From: a virus
DNA: 64,000 nt
Virus record (IMG/VR): IMGVR_UViG_3300038299_000097
Coordinates: 10,816-74,815 of that record
Strand: one strand, 5' to 3'
Position 1 is the stretch's first letter. Each line of letters begins with the position of its first letter. The notes beneath the pieces were generated by a model, which saw only the letters and a program-made list of their open reading frames with translations, did no database searches and had not been told where the DNA came from. The position numbers were made by a program, and so were the translations under genes. Positions 20,774-29,825 of this stretch are shown here, in pieces.

Positions 20774-20777
20774 CACT

Positions 20778-22829
20778 CTACCTGTAGATGTGCTGGAATG
20801 ATCTCTTCTTAACCTCAGCACTTCGTTTGGATAGGCTATCAGTAAACACATTATTTGTCGTACCACCATCAGATCGCTTCATAACCGCTTGTGCGACCTT
20901 GGCAGACCCTGCTTGGTTTGATGCCACCATAGCTTGAGCCACACCAGCATTAGACTCAAGTTGTTCTTTGTGGCGTTGTTCTGCCCTCTCGTCATTTTTT
21001 GAATCCTCAGCATTCTTATTAGCTATAAGAGCCGCTTTATCTGCATTGGACTGTTTAGTAATACTGTCATTGAGTGCTTTCTCTAGTTTGTTAAATTTTG
21101 CGATATCTGATGAATCTGTGGGTTTGGCGTTTATTAGATCATTTAGAGCTTGTCTCTCGGCTCGTATTTTCAACCTTTTAGTGGTGTCTAAAAATGTTTG
21201 TTTTTCCTTTGCATATAATATCTTCTCTTCAGCCTTCCATATTACTAAATTTATATCGCGCATAAACCCAGTTAATGAATTCATTAGCTTCATAATACCT
21301 ATATCAAATCTTAATTTCATTCTATATAAAGGACCCGAACTCATCAAGTTATCCAAAACCTTGGCTGCACTATTCCATATAGTGTCAAGTATATCACCAA
21401 GTTTTTCCCATAACCACGCAAGCCCAGTTCCTAACCCACTAAACACCGCTTTACCAGCATTTATAAATTTGGAAGGGTCTTTAACTATCTCTATAACGTC
21501 TAACATAGGTATGAGTGGTGGTATTAACCACAACAAATCCTTTGCCAACTTAAGATGTGCCAACCCTTGATCTATGTCACCGCCAGTGAATATCATACTA
21601 AGCCCTGTGAATAGATTTGAGAATGCTTGTATCACTGGTAGATCCATAAACCAGTTTCTTAAACCCATCATCCACGAACCACCACTTGACTTCTTCTCAC
21701 TCTTAGACATTGTGAAATCTCTGAACATTAATATCACATCTGGTATTAAGGCTAGTGCTGGTATAGGTATAAGTCCTAGAAGTGCTGAAGTTAATTCTAA
21801 TAAACCACCAACCATATCACCGTCCTTAAATCTACTCACCGCAAATGCTAGTGAAATTATAGAACCTAGGAATGGTATAGACTTGAATACTAACTTAGCA
21901 CCCTTACCCATTGTTTTACCAATATTCAAAAGAGGTTTGAATAACTTACCAAAAGAGGTATTAAGTATACTACCAACCTTTTTAGTTAAGCCCTTACCCA
22001 TATTAAATGAAAATAGTTTACCCATAGGTGCCATCACATTTTTAATAATGGTACCAAACTTCTTGAATATGAGGTTACCAATGGAAATCAATACATTACC
22101 AACAAGTTTGAACAGTCCTTTAGTTGGTCCACCATCTATTAAACCCTTCATAGCAAGTGACACACCACCAACAAGTAGACCAGCAGCTAGACCCGCCATG
22201 GTTAGACCTTTGATAGCCATACCTATCTTACTAAGCAATGAACCATTACTATCCTTCCTCCCATCAGATCCTTTATCGGGTTGTTCTATAACTACCGCAG
22301 TGGACTCACGAGCACTCCCAAGTTGTTTTAATACGGTATCACTTAAGGATATGACATTGACATCCATGATCTTATCAACAACACCTTCTTCTGTTAGGTC
22401 CTTTTTACCCTGTATCGATGCTAAAATCTTGGCAACACCTTCAGATGGTGGGAGTACTTTGGTTGAGGGGGTTTTAATACCAGACCCTGCTAAAATCTTG
22501 GCAACCCCTTCAGAAGGTTTGGGTGAAAGTTTAGGAGGTTTATTACCAGTTGGTGTATTTACAATATCACCAATACCCATATTCTTAGTCATGGATTCAT
22601 ACCCAGATAGGAATGCCTCCAAAACCTTTTCATATCTATCCTTAAATTTCTTAGATTTGTTCTCGTCTAAGTTGAATAGGCTGGATACACTCAACGTCTC
22701 TTTACTCGACTCAACACTTTTGAGTTTTTTAAAGAGTGGCTGTAGAGAAGACTCTAGTTGGTTCGAAAAGTAATTCCTACCCTTTGATTCATCAACTATG
22801 TCTGCTACTTCTTGTAATGTAATGTCCAC
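20778..22829 (-). CDS. Tape-measure / baseplate-hub-like protein (gp29-like)
   Basis: Gly/Lys-rich amphipathic repeats, KSIPFLGSIISLAFAVSRF motif, coiled-coil C-terminus. Confidence 0.6.
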   Translation of the reverse strand: MDITLQEVADIVDESKGRNYFSNQLESSLQPLFKKLKSVESSKETLSVSSLFNLDENKSKKFKDRYEKVLEAFLSGYESMTKNMGIGDIVNTPTGNKPPKLSPKPSEGVAKILAGSGIKTPSTKVLPPSEGVAKILASIQGKKDLTEEGVVDKIMDVNVISLSDTVLKQLGSARESTAVVIEQPDKGSDGRKDSNGSLLSKIGMAIKGLTMAGLAAGLLVGGVSLAMKGLIDGGPTKGLFKLVGNVLISIGNLIFKKFGTIIKNVMAPMGKLFSFNMGKGLTKKVGSILNTSFGKLFKPLLNIGKTMGKGAKLVFKSIPFLGSIISLAFAVSRFKDGDMVGGLLELTSALLGLIPIPALALIPDVILMFRDFTMSKSEKKSSGGSWMMGLRNWFMDLPVIQAFSNLFTGLSMIFTGGDIDQGLAHLKLAKDLLWLIPPLIPMLDVIEIVKDPSKFINAGKAVFSGLGTGLAWLWEKLGDILDTIWNSAAKVLDNLMSSGPLYRMKLRFDIGIMKLMNSLTGFMRDINLVIWKAEEKILYAKEKQTFLDTTKRLKIRAERQALNDLINAKPTDSSDIAKFNKLEKALNDSITKQSNADKAALIANKNAEDSKNDERAEQRHKEQLESNAGVAQAMVASNQAGSAKVAQAVMKRSDGGTTNNVFTDSLSKRSAEVKKRSFQHIYR

Positions 22830-22882
22830 GTTATAATTATAGAATCGGTGGTGTTATACCAAACTTTATATATTATATACGT

Positions 22883-23857
22883 TTAGTTATTCATACGTAG
22901 TGGTGCGTTACGTACATTATCTTCTCTATTTGTATCAACTCGCATACCTTGTTGGTTTGTGTAATCACCACTCCTAACCCCTAGTTTTTTTCTTAGGTTA
23001 TCAGTTCTTTGAGTGTATTCTTCGGGGGTCATTCTACCCAACTCTAAACCTTTGGTCAGGGTATCAATTTTTCGCTGAAACTCGGACTTCGGTCTAGTAG
23101 TAGGTTCTTCAGTAGCAGTAGGTTCTTCAGTAGTAGCAGTAGGCTCTTCAGTAGCAGTAGGCTCTTCAGTAGCAGTAGGTTCCTCAGTAGTAGCAGTAGG
23201 TTCTTCAGTAGCAGTAGGTTCCTCAGTAGTAGCAGTAGGTTCTTCAGTAGCAGTAGGTTCTTCAGTAGCAGTAGGTTCTTCAGTAGCAGTAGGTTCTTCA
23301 GTAGCAGTAGGTTCTTCAGTAGCAGTAGGTTCTTCAGTAGCAGTAGGTTCTTCAGTAGCAAACTGTTTAGCTAGTTCTGGGTTATTTTTAAAGGCAACCT
23401 GTTTATATGCATCATAATAATTGGTGTATATACTCCTCATACTGTCCAAAATCTCTTTACGGATGTCATCATTCCCCGCCATCTCCTTAGATATAATAGA
23501 GTCTAGGGGGTGTTTTCCAGACAGTATAGAAGCATCACTTAGAAATTTGTCAATCTGTTTACCAACAGAAGAACTAGGGTCTAGGTGTTGCTGCAATGCT
23601 GCAACAGTTGGTGTTATTTCTTGAGCTTCTTTATCGGCAATACTTTTTAGAGTGGATTGAGCACCTTTATCGTTACCAGCAATAACTTGACCACCTGCCT
23701 TAATAGCTTGACCTATTTTACTAAGGCGACCTTGTTTGGTTTTCGAAGCAGCTCTCCTAGCTTTGATTCTGGACAATATCCCCTCTTCAAGTGGTGAGCC
23801 GCCAAGAACATCAATACATTGTGTCCACATACTATTAAAGGAATCCGAATTTGACAT
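22883..23857 (-). CDS. Hypothetical protein with TEEPTA repeat linker
   Basis: Start at 23857 (TAATTA-N5-ATG); LEEG motif near the N-terminus. Confidence 0.7.
   Translation of the reverse strand: MSNSDSFNSMWTQCIDVLGGSPLEEGILSRIKARRAASKTKQGRLSKIGQAIKAGGQVIAGNDKGAQSTLKSIADKEAQEITPTVAALQQHLDPSSSVGKQIDKFLSDASILSGKHPLDSIISKEMAGNDDIRKEILDSMRSIYTNYYDAYKQVAFKNNPELAKQFATEEPTATEEPTATEEPTATEEPTATEEPTATEEPTATEEPTATTEEPTATEEPTATTEEPTATEEPTATEEPTATTEEPTATEEPTTRPKSEFQRKIDTLTKGLELGRMTPEEYTQRTDNLRKKLGVRSGDYTNQQGMRVDTNREDNVRNAPLRMNN
23095..23360. repeat. Coding tandem repeat, about 14 units of 18 bp (some 21 bp)
   Basis: agtaggttcttcagtagc repeated; encodes (T)TEEPTA. Confidence 0.95.
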
Positions 23858-23900
23858 ACTATTAATTATGTGGTGAGAGGTTTGATTAATAATTAAAAGT

Positions 23901-24866
23901 ATGGCAGAAGAATTCACAGCGAACCGAAAACGAGCATTCCCAGAGTTGGTTGAGAGAACACCAAGCTTTATTAGTAACAACATTAATCAACCACTTGATG
24001 ATTTTGTTGGAATTTTCCGTAATAGGTATAATGATTCGTATGCATCGGGGTTGTTCGAACTAGCACTACCCGAACAGGTTGGACCTGTACTAGGACTCGG
24101 TGCCCCCGACATGAAGAACAGGTCTCTACAGTTCTACACTAACACCTTGAAGGATTTTTCGTTTGCATTACCACACTCCGCTAAGTGGGCGGTGTTTGTA
24201 GAGCCACATAACCATTCACACTTAATGGATCAGATAGGTAATATGTCCAAATATGAGCCATGGGGAACTAAAGATGATTGGAATTTTGGTGTTAAGTCTG
24301 AAAGGCTTTTAGGTTCTGACGCACAGGAAACCATTGGTTGTATATTCGCACTAGGTGTCACACAGGCGGGTCATAGCTTAGGTGTAAGTAACATGGGTGG
24401 TGCTGGTGGTGTCAATAACGGTTTCATCAAGACACCTATATCTCAGGGACGGGCTGATAACCAAACACTAGAACTCATTGTTAAAGAAACCAACAGCTCA
24501 TATACTGATTTTGTATTAAGACCGTGGAGTATACTTACTTCACACCTAGGGTTCCATGCAAGACCAACCAGCCAAAGTATCAAATGTGATATAACAATAT
24601 TCGAAATGAATGACACACTTAATAATAACCAACCAGTTGTTAGAAAGGTGTTCAAATATTACGATTGTCTACCAATAGATATTAATACAGAGAATTTGAA
24701 TTACGAAGCAGACAAAGTTATACAGAGGCAAATTCAATTTACATACAACTACTACACAGTTCAAGGGGGTGAGCCTAATCCCGTTATGGATGACACACCC
24801 GAAGATTCTGTAAGTGTAGAACCAAATTTCACACCAGTTGAACTACCTGTCATACCTCAAAAGTAA
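23901..24866 (+). CDS. Baseplate tail-tube initiator (gp54-like)
   Basis: Tail-tube-fold motifs ETN...FVLRPW and YYDCLPIDI...LNY...FTYNYY. Confidence 0.6.
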   Translation: MAEEFTANRKRAFPELVERTPSFISNNINQPLDDFVGIFRNRYNDSYASGLFELALPEQVGPVLGLGAPDMKNRSLQFYTNTLKDFSFALPHSAKWAVFVEPHNHSHLMDQIGNMSKYEPWGTKDDWNFGVKSERLLGSDAQETIGCIFALGVTQAGHSLGVSNMGGAGGVNNGFIKTPISQGRADNQTLELIVKETNSSYTDFVLRPWSILTSHLGFHARPTSQSIKCDITIFEMNDTLNNNQPVVRKVFKYYDCLPIDINTENLNYEADKVIQRQIQFTYNYYTVQGGEPNPVMDDTPEDSVSVEPNFTPVELPVIPQK

Positions 24867-24900
24867 TTGACCTACTCACAATTTTCATTAATTAAATACC

Positions 24901-25536
24901 ATGGCACTAACATCATCACCAATAGGTACTGCATACACCAAATTCCAAGTAGTTACATTCACAACCGATCTAATGGGTAAGAAGAAAATAAACTTCGGGG
25001 ATGGCAACTTTGAAATTTTCGAAGGGTCTACAGTTGAACATATTTATAATAACAATGATACATACACGGCTTGTGTTAAATTATGCAGTGATAGTGAATT
25101 TAACGATATTGATAATTGTGTGGTTATTACAACATCACATTTCGTGGGCGAGGTGTTAAACGTTACAGAGGCTCTTTCAGCATATGCATCAGAAGAAAGT
25201 GGTTTATTTGAAGTTAGCCTTTCGTCAAGTTGCCCACCACCAATTGAGGTTGGATTATTTGTTGATAACACCATAAGCGAATATAGTGCATCACAGACTA
25301 ACTGTAGACCTAGGCACTATTTCTTCATGAGTGGTGAACCACTGGATTCAACCGTGGTTACACTAGAGAATCCGTCAGTTATTAAAGTTGATGATACTAT
25401 TGTTGGGTACCATGACAAATTCTGTTTTGGTTACTATGATGACTACAGTGGTGATTTTGATATAACGGTAAAATTACTAGGAGAATGTGGTTTGTGTAAT
25501 AGCGATGCCGTATCAGTATTCAGTGGTGTCGAGTAG
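24901..25536 (+). CDS. PKD/Ig-like domain virion protein
   Basis: NFGDG...VEHIY...Y PKD signature. Confidence 0.6.
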   Translation: MALTSSPIGTAYTKFQVVTFTTDLMGKKKINFGDGNFEIFEGSTVEHIYNNNDTYTACVKLCSDSEFNDIDNCVVITTSHFVGEVLNVTEALSAYASEESGLFEVSLSSSCPPPIEVGLFVDNTISEYSASQTNCRPRHYFFMSGEPLDSTVVTLENPSVIKVDDTIVGYHDKFCFGYYDDYSGDFDITVKLLGECGLCNSDAVSVFSGVE

Positions 25537-25604
25537 AAATAAATACTAGCCGACCCGACCCCCTTAAAAATAATATTTTAAGGGTTTATTTTTCCTATTT
25601 CAGT

Positions 25605-25633
25605 ATTGACAGGGGTGTAATTATTATGTACAA
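25605..25633 (+). promoter_or_regulatory. Sigma70-type promoter for nrdAB
   Basis: TTGACA-N17-TACAAT. Confidence 0.7.
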
Positions 25634-25646
25634 TACTATGACTGAT

Positions 25647-27887
25647 ATGGAAAAAGAGATACGAATTGTGAAGAGGGACGGAGTTGAAGAGAACTTCAAA
25701 ATAGACAAAATTACAAAAATACTGGAGTGGGCATGTGAAGGGATCGAGGATGTGGTACCAGACCATATATTATACAACGCTAAGTTAAATGTTTTTGACG
25801 GCATTAAATCTAGTGAGATACACCAAATCATTGTGGAGTCTGCTGCAAGCCTTATTGATAAAGAGGTTAATTACACCAAGGTTGCGGCAAGCCTTATGAA
25901 TTATAAACTTCGTAAAGAGGTTTGGGGTGGTAAGAACCCACCAAAGCTTTATGATCTCCTCAAGAAGGGTATTAAGAAAGGCTTCTACGACCCAGAGCTT
26001 ATCAAAATTTACACCAAGGCTCAGATCAATAAGCTTGATGAGTATATCAAGCATGATAGGGACAGTCGTTTTGAGTATGGTGGTCTAGTACAACTTACGG
26101 AGAAGTATTTAGTACAGAACCGTAACACCAAGGAGATCGTGGAAACGCCCCAATTTGCGTACATGATGGCATCGATGGCACTTTGTATCAAAGAAGCACC
26201 ACGACAGCGTGTGAAGTGGGTGAAGGAGTTCTATGATGACTTCTCTAATCATAAGATCAACGTGTCCACACCAATTATGTCGGGTGCAAGAACAAGAGTC
26301 CGTAGCTATTCATCATGTTGTATTATTGACGTAGCTGATACTAAGCATTCCATCACATCATCTGTCACATCATCTGTGTTGGTTACTGCTGATAAGTATG
26401 GTATTGGACTCAACTATTCTAAGATCCGTTCTATCAATGAACCAATCCGTGGCGGGGAAGCTTCACACGGTGGTGTAATCCCTTGGTTGAAACTCAGTCA
26501 AGCAGCGATTCAAGCATCACAGCAAGGACCTAGACGTGGTGCGGGTACGTGTACGTTCTTCGCAATGCATCCAGAGATCGAAACTATCCTACAATTAAAG
26601 GATACACTTCTTCCAGAGGACAGAAAGGTCGAGCACTTGGATTACTCCATTGCTATGACAAACCTATTCTACCACAGACTACTAGAAGGTGGTGACATTA
26701 CGTTGTGTTCATATAACCAAGCACCAGATGTTTACAAGGCATATGGTACACCATTTTTCAACGATATCTATGAAAAGTGGGAGCTGGAGAATCCAGATGC
26801 ACCCAAGATTACTACCGAAAGGTTCTTCTCATTACTCGCTAAACAACGTAGTGAGACTGCTAGAATTTACATCTACAACATTGACGAGAACTTCACCAAC
26901 TCTGCTTGGTTGCCTCGTGTTGAGGCATATAATTTATGTCAAGAAGTGGGTGGACCTACTAAACCCGAACGGTTCACAGAAGACCCAGAAGCTGAAACGG
27001 TTGTGTGTGTCCTCAGTGCCCCCAATGCATGTAATATAAAGGATGATGCGGATCACAAGAGAGTACTTTACAACATTGTTCGTATCCTTGATAACGTCAT
27101 CGATGTACAGGAGTACACGGTGGATGCTTGTAAGAGGTATGCAGAGAACAAACGCTCACTTGGTGTTGGTATTAGTAACCTAACAGGTTGGCTCGCACTC
27201 CAAGGTCTTAACCACTCATCTATTGAGACACCACAGGTGGTTTCAGACTTCTTCGAGAAACAACAATACTACCTTATTGAAGCATCTATTGAACTAGCTA
27301 AAGAGCGTGGTAAGTGTAAGGATTTCAACCAGTCTAAATACTCTAAAGGTATTATGCCAGTGGATCGTTACAATAAGAATGTTCATGAGTTCCTTGATGA
27401 AGAACACAAGCTCGACTGGGACAGGATCAGAGCAGCAGTATTGAAGTATGGTATGAGACATTGTACTCTATCATCATTCATGCCATGTGAAGCTAGTTCG
27501 GTTGTACAGTCATCTACTAACGGGTTTGAACCAATTCGTGACCTAGTGGTGTACAAAGAATCCAAGACAGCAATGACTATTGTAGTAGCACCAAATGTGA
27601 AGACACATGGTCAACACTATGTTAGAGCTTATGACGCACCTAACAACGATGGTTACATCAAAGTAGTAGCAGTACTGACTAAGTGGTCTGACATGGGTGT
27701 TAGTGGTAATCTATACTACAACCCTGCATACTTCGAAGGTGGTATCATCCCACAAGATTACATCATCCAAGATATCCTCACAGCAACCCGATACGGTTGG
27801 AGAACTTTCTACTACCATAACACCGATGATGGTGATAAGGAAGTAAGCGAAGATAGTGCTTGCGCCTCTGGTGCTTGCTCACTATAA
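25647..27887 (+). CDS. nrdA: Ribonucleotide reductase class Ia alpha subunit
   Basis: ATP-cone IVKRDG, SSCC, NLCQE, TFYY and C-terminal CASGAC; exact start uncertain. Confidence 0.95.
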   Translation: MEKEIRIVKRDGVEENFKIDKITKILEWACEGIEDVVPDHILYNAKLNVFDGIKSSEIHQIIVESAASLIDKEVNYTKVAASLMNYKLRKEVWGGKNPPKLYDLLKKGIKKGFYDPELIKIYTKAQINKLDEYIKHDRDSRFEYGGLVQLTEKYLVQNRNTKEIVETPQFAYMMASMALCIKEAPRQRVKWVKEFYDDFSNHKINVSTPIMSGARTRVRSYSSCCIIDVADTKHSITSSVTSSVLVTADKYGIGLNYSKIRSINEPIRGGEASHGGVIPWLKLSQAAIQASQQGPRRGAGTCTFFAMHPEIETILQLKDTLLPEDRKVEHLDYSIAMTNLFYHRLLEGGDITLCSYNQAPDVYKAYGTPFFNDIYEKWELENPDAPKITTERFFSLLAKQRSETARIYIYNIDENFTNSAWLPRVEAYNLCQEVGGPTKPERFTEDPEAETVVCVLSAPNACNIKDDADHKRVLYNIVRILDNVIDVQEYTVDACKRYAENKRSLGVGISNLTGWLALQGLNHSSIETPQVVSDFFEKQQYYLIEASIELAKERGKCKDFNQSKYSKGIMPVDRYNKNVHEFLDEEHKLDWDRIRAAVLKYGMRHCTLSSFMPCEASSVVQSSTNGFEPIRDLVVYKESKTAMTIVVAPNVKTHGQHYVRAYDAPNNDGYIKVVAVLTKWSDMGVSGNLYYNPAYFEGGIIPQDYIIQDILTATRYGWRTFYYHNTDDGDKEVSEDSACASGACSL

Positions 27888-28010
27888 TGAATGTATACCT
27901 TATGTGCCTCTCTTAACATGGACTGAAGCAAAATTCATGAGGTGGTCGATGACCCAAGAATCCTATGTTCAAGGGTCATCACTTTTACAAATAAACAAAT
28001 AAACAAATAA

Positions 28011-29084
28011 ATGAGTAACACAGTTTTAAATCTAGAGAAGCGTGATGCATTGGCTGAACCAATGTTTTTCGGCACACCCCTTGGAATCCAACGTTTCGAC
28101 GTGGTTAAATATCCAGAGTTTGCAAAGTCCGTAGAGACACAATTTTCCAACATGTGGAACCCAAAGGAGATAGGTATGGCATCAGACCTAGCTTGTTATG
28201 AATCACTCTCAGATACCGAGAGATTCATCTTCGAGACAAATCTTCGATTCCAGACAGCGGGTGATTCACTACTTTCCAGAAGTATTGAAGCAATCAAACA
28301 ACATGTCACAAACTCAGAACTTGAGTACGCAATGAACTGGTGGGGTCTTATGGAGAATATTCACTCCGAGAGTTACACCCACGTACTACAAGGGATCACT
28401 AAAGATCCTACACCATTCTTCGATTCTATTCTAGAAGACACAGAACTGGTTGAACGTATGCAGACCATCATCAAACCCTTCAATGACCTTCTTGAAGATA
28501 AGGAAGGTGACTGTAAGCGCACGAAATTATTCAAAGCGGTGTTGGCACTACAAATTGCTGAAGGTGTTCTATTCTACACATCATTTGCATGTAGTTTCTT
28601 CTTCGCTAAGAACGGTAAGATGACCCAGAACGGTAAGATCATTTCTATGATTAAGCGTGATGAGTCAGAGCACCAATCAATCACACAGAACATACTCAAG
28701 AGAATGCGCGAAGATCCGTCCGAGGGGTTCCAAGATATCGTAAAGGCTCATGAACAATTCGTTTATGATTCATACGAGGTTGCACTTGATGGTGAAAAGA
28801 AGTGGGGTGATTACTTATTCTCTAAGGGTGAGATGGTCGGACTTACTAAAGCATCTCTCCATGGCTATGCTGAGTGGAATGTTCGTGGTCGTTTGAGATC
28901 CAATGGTTATGATCCATCAAAGTTTGCTTACCCACTAGCAGAACAGAATCCTATTTCATGGTTGGTTAAATTCCTTGACTCAAGTCGTGTACAGGCGGCA
29001 CCTCAAGAGATCGAGAAGACTGATTATAAGAAGATGGGAACTGTAAACAATCTTGGTAGTTCGCTTAAGACATTAAAATTCTAA
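28011..29084 (+). CDS. nrdB: Ribonucleotide reductase class Ia beta subunit
   Basis: ENIHSESY, EGVLFYTSF, RDESEH and QAAPQE motifs. Confidence 0.95.
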   Translation: MSNTVLNLEKRDALAEPMFFGTPLGIQRFDVVKYPEFAKSVETQFSNMWNPKEIGMASDLACYESLSDTERFIFETNLRFQTAGDSLLSRSIEAIKQHVTNSELEYAMNWWGLMENIHSESYTHVLQGITKDPTPFFDSILEDTELVERMQTIIKPFNDLLEDKEGDCKRTKLFKAVLALQIAEGVLFYTSFACSFFFAKNGKMTQNGKIISMIKRDESEHQSITQNILKRMREDPSEGFQDIVKAHEQFVYDSYEVALDGEKKWGDYLFSKGEMVGLTKASLHGYAEWNVRGRLRSNGYDPSKFAYPLAEQNPISWLVKFLDSSRVQAAPQEIEKTDYKKMGTVNNLGSSLKTLKF

Positions 29085-29102
29085 GTTTATTACCAACTTA
29101 GC

Positions 29103-29131
29103 TTGACACTGATTTAAAACTGTGCTAATCT
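29103..29131 (+). promoter_or_regulatory. Sigma70-type promoter P1 of the ncRNA array
   Basis: TTGACA-N17-TAATCT; unit 1 starts 7 nt downstream. Confidence 0.75.
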
Positions 29132-29137
29132 AAGTAT

Positions 29138-29225
29138 GTCACCAGCTACAGGAAGGATATATATAATTCAGTCGGGATCACCCTTCGGGGCATCCCCGAT
29201 CCAACAACCTTCCTAATACGGTGAC
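29138..29225 (+). ncRNA. Y-RNA-like unit 1 (apical cUUCGg hairpin)
   Basis: gtcacc/ggtgac stem, AGCUA/AAUAC internal loop, aggaagg/ccttcct stem, ccc-ttcg-ggg. Confidence 0.7.
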
Positions 29226-29380
29226 TATAAATAAAACGCCCAGCCACGGCTGGGTTATATTATAAAACTGAAGTCGAAAGACATTGGGGGTTCGAGTCCC
29301 TCACTTCCCACTCGACGGGAAGTTGGCGAAATTGGTAGACGCATCAGATCAACTCATCCAATTCGGGCGTTTTATTTATA
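29226..29380 (+). ncRNA. Y-RNA-like unit 2 with permuted tRNA-Leu-like domain (YrlA-like)
   Basis: Perfect 16-bp terminal stem; AGCCA/AAUUC loop; then variable arm, T-arm (29286-29302), closed acceptor stem acttccc/gggaagt, D-arm tggcgaaattggtagacgca. Confidence 0.8.
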
Positions 29381-29384
29381 TTCA

Positions 29385-29473
29385 GATCAAATGAAAACAG
29401 TTCCTCAGCTAAGTGTATGTTATTTATATTCAAAACACACATACCCAATTCGGGGAGTTGTTTTCATTTGATT
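29385..29473 (+). ncRNA. Y-RNA-like unit 3 (minimal)
   Basis: About 22-bp terminal stem, AGCUA/AAUUC loop, gtatgt/acatac stem, AU-rich loop ending tcaaaacac. Confidence 0.7.
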
Positions 29474-29549
29474 TAAGAGAACGTCTATCTCTGGGACGGT
29501 ACTCCGTTACCAGTAGCGTCTTGTTATAAAGATAATGTCAAAACAGTTG

Positions 29550-29577
29550 TTGACAATATGATCAAACCTGTTAAAGT
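29550..29577 (+). promoter_or_regulatory. Sigma70-type promoter P2 of the ncRNA array
   Basis: TTGACA-N16-TAAAGT; unit 4 starts 7 nt downstream. Confidence 0.7.
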
Positions 29578-29583
29578 AATTGT

Positions 29584-29646
29584 GTCACCAGCTAAGAGAG
29601 TGTTATTTAAATGAAATCAAAACACACACACTCTCAATACGGTGGC
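29584..29646 (+). ncRNA. Y-RNA-like unit 4 (minimal)
   Basis: gtcacc/ggtggc stem, AGCUA/AAUAC loop, gagagtgt/acactctc stem, loop ending tcaaaacac as in unit 3. Confidence 0.7.
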
Positions 29647-29792
29647 TATAAATATGGCATTCAGCTAGGTATAAGTTAAACTATTAAACAATTGGTCACA
29701 GGTTCAAATCCTGTCATCTCAGCCTTATGGGATGTAGCTCAGTCTGGTAGAGCAGTTGATACAACTTGTACGATTCGGGTGCCATATTTATA
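29647..29792 (+). ncRNA. Y-RNA-like unit 5 with permuted tRNA-Asn-like domain (YrlA-like)
   Basis: 16-bp terminal stem; AGCUA/GAUUC loop; T-arm acagg-ttcaaat-cctgt, closed acceptor catctca/tgggatg, D-arm tagctcagtctggtagagc. Confidence 0.8.
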
Positions 29793-29825
29793 TCCTTCAA
29801 CATAAACAACAAACACCACTAACTA

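Noticed and set aside
20968-22773. Long + strand ORFs (200 and 399 aa)
   Set aside because: Antisense shadows of the tape-measure-like gene; no motifs or start signals
23056-23361. LLLKNL repeat ORF
   Set aside because: Alternative frame of the TEEPTA minisatellite
25647-29084. Intron or intein in nrdA/nrdB
   Set aside because: Both are normal length, uninterrupted and have all expected motifs
29138-29792. CRISPR array or ordinary tRNA genes
   Set aside because: No identical direct repeats with regular spacers; tRNA arms are in permuted order with sealed acceptor stems and no CCA end
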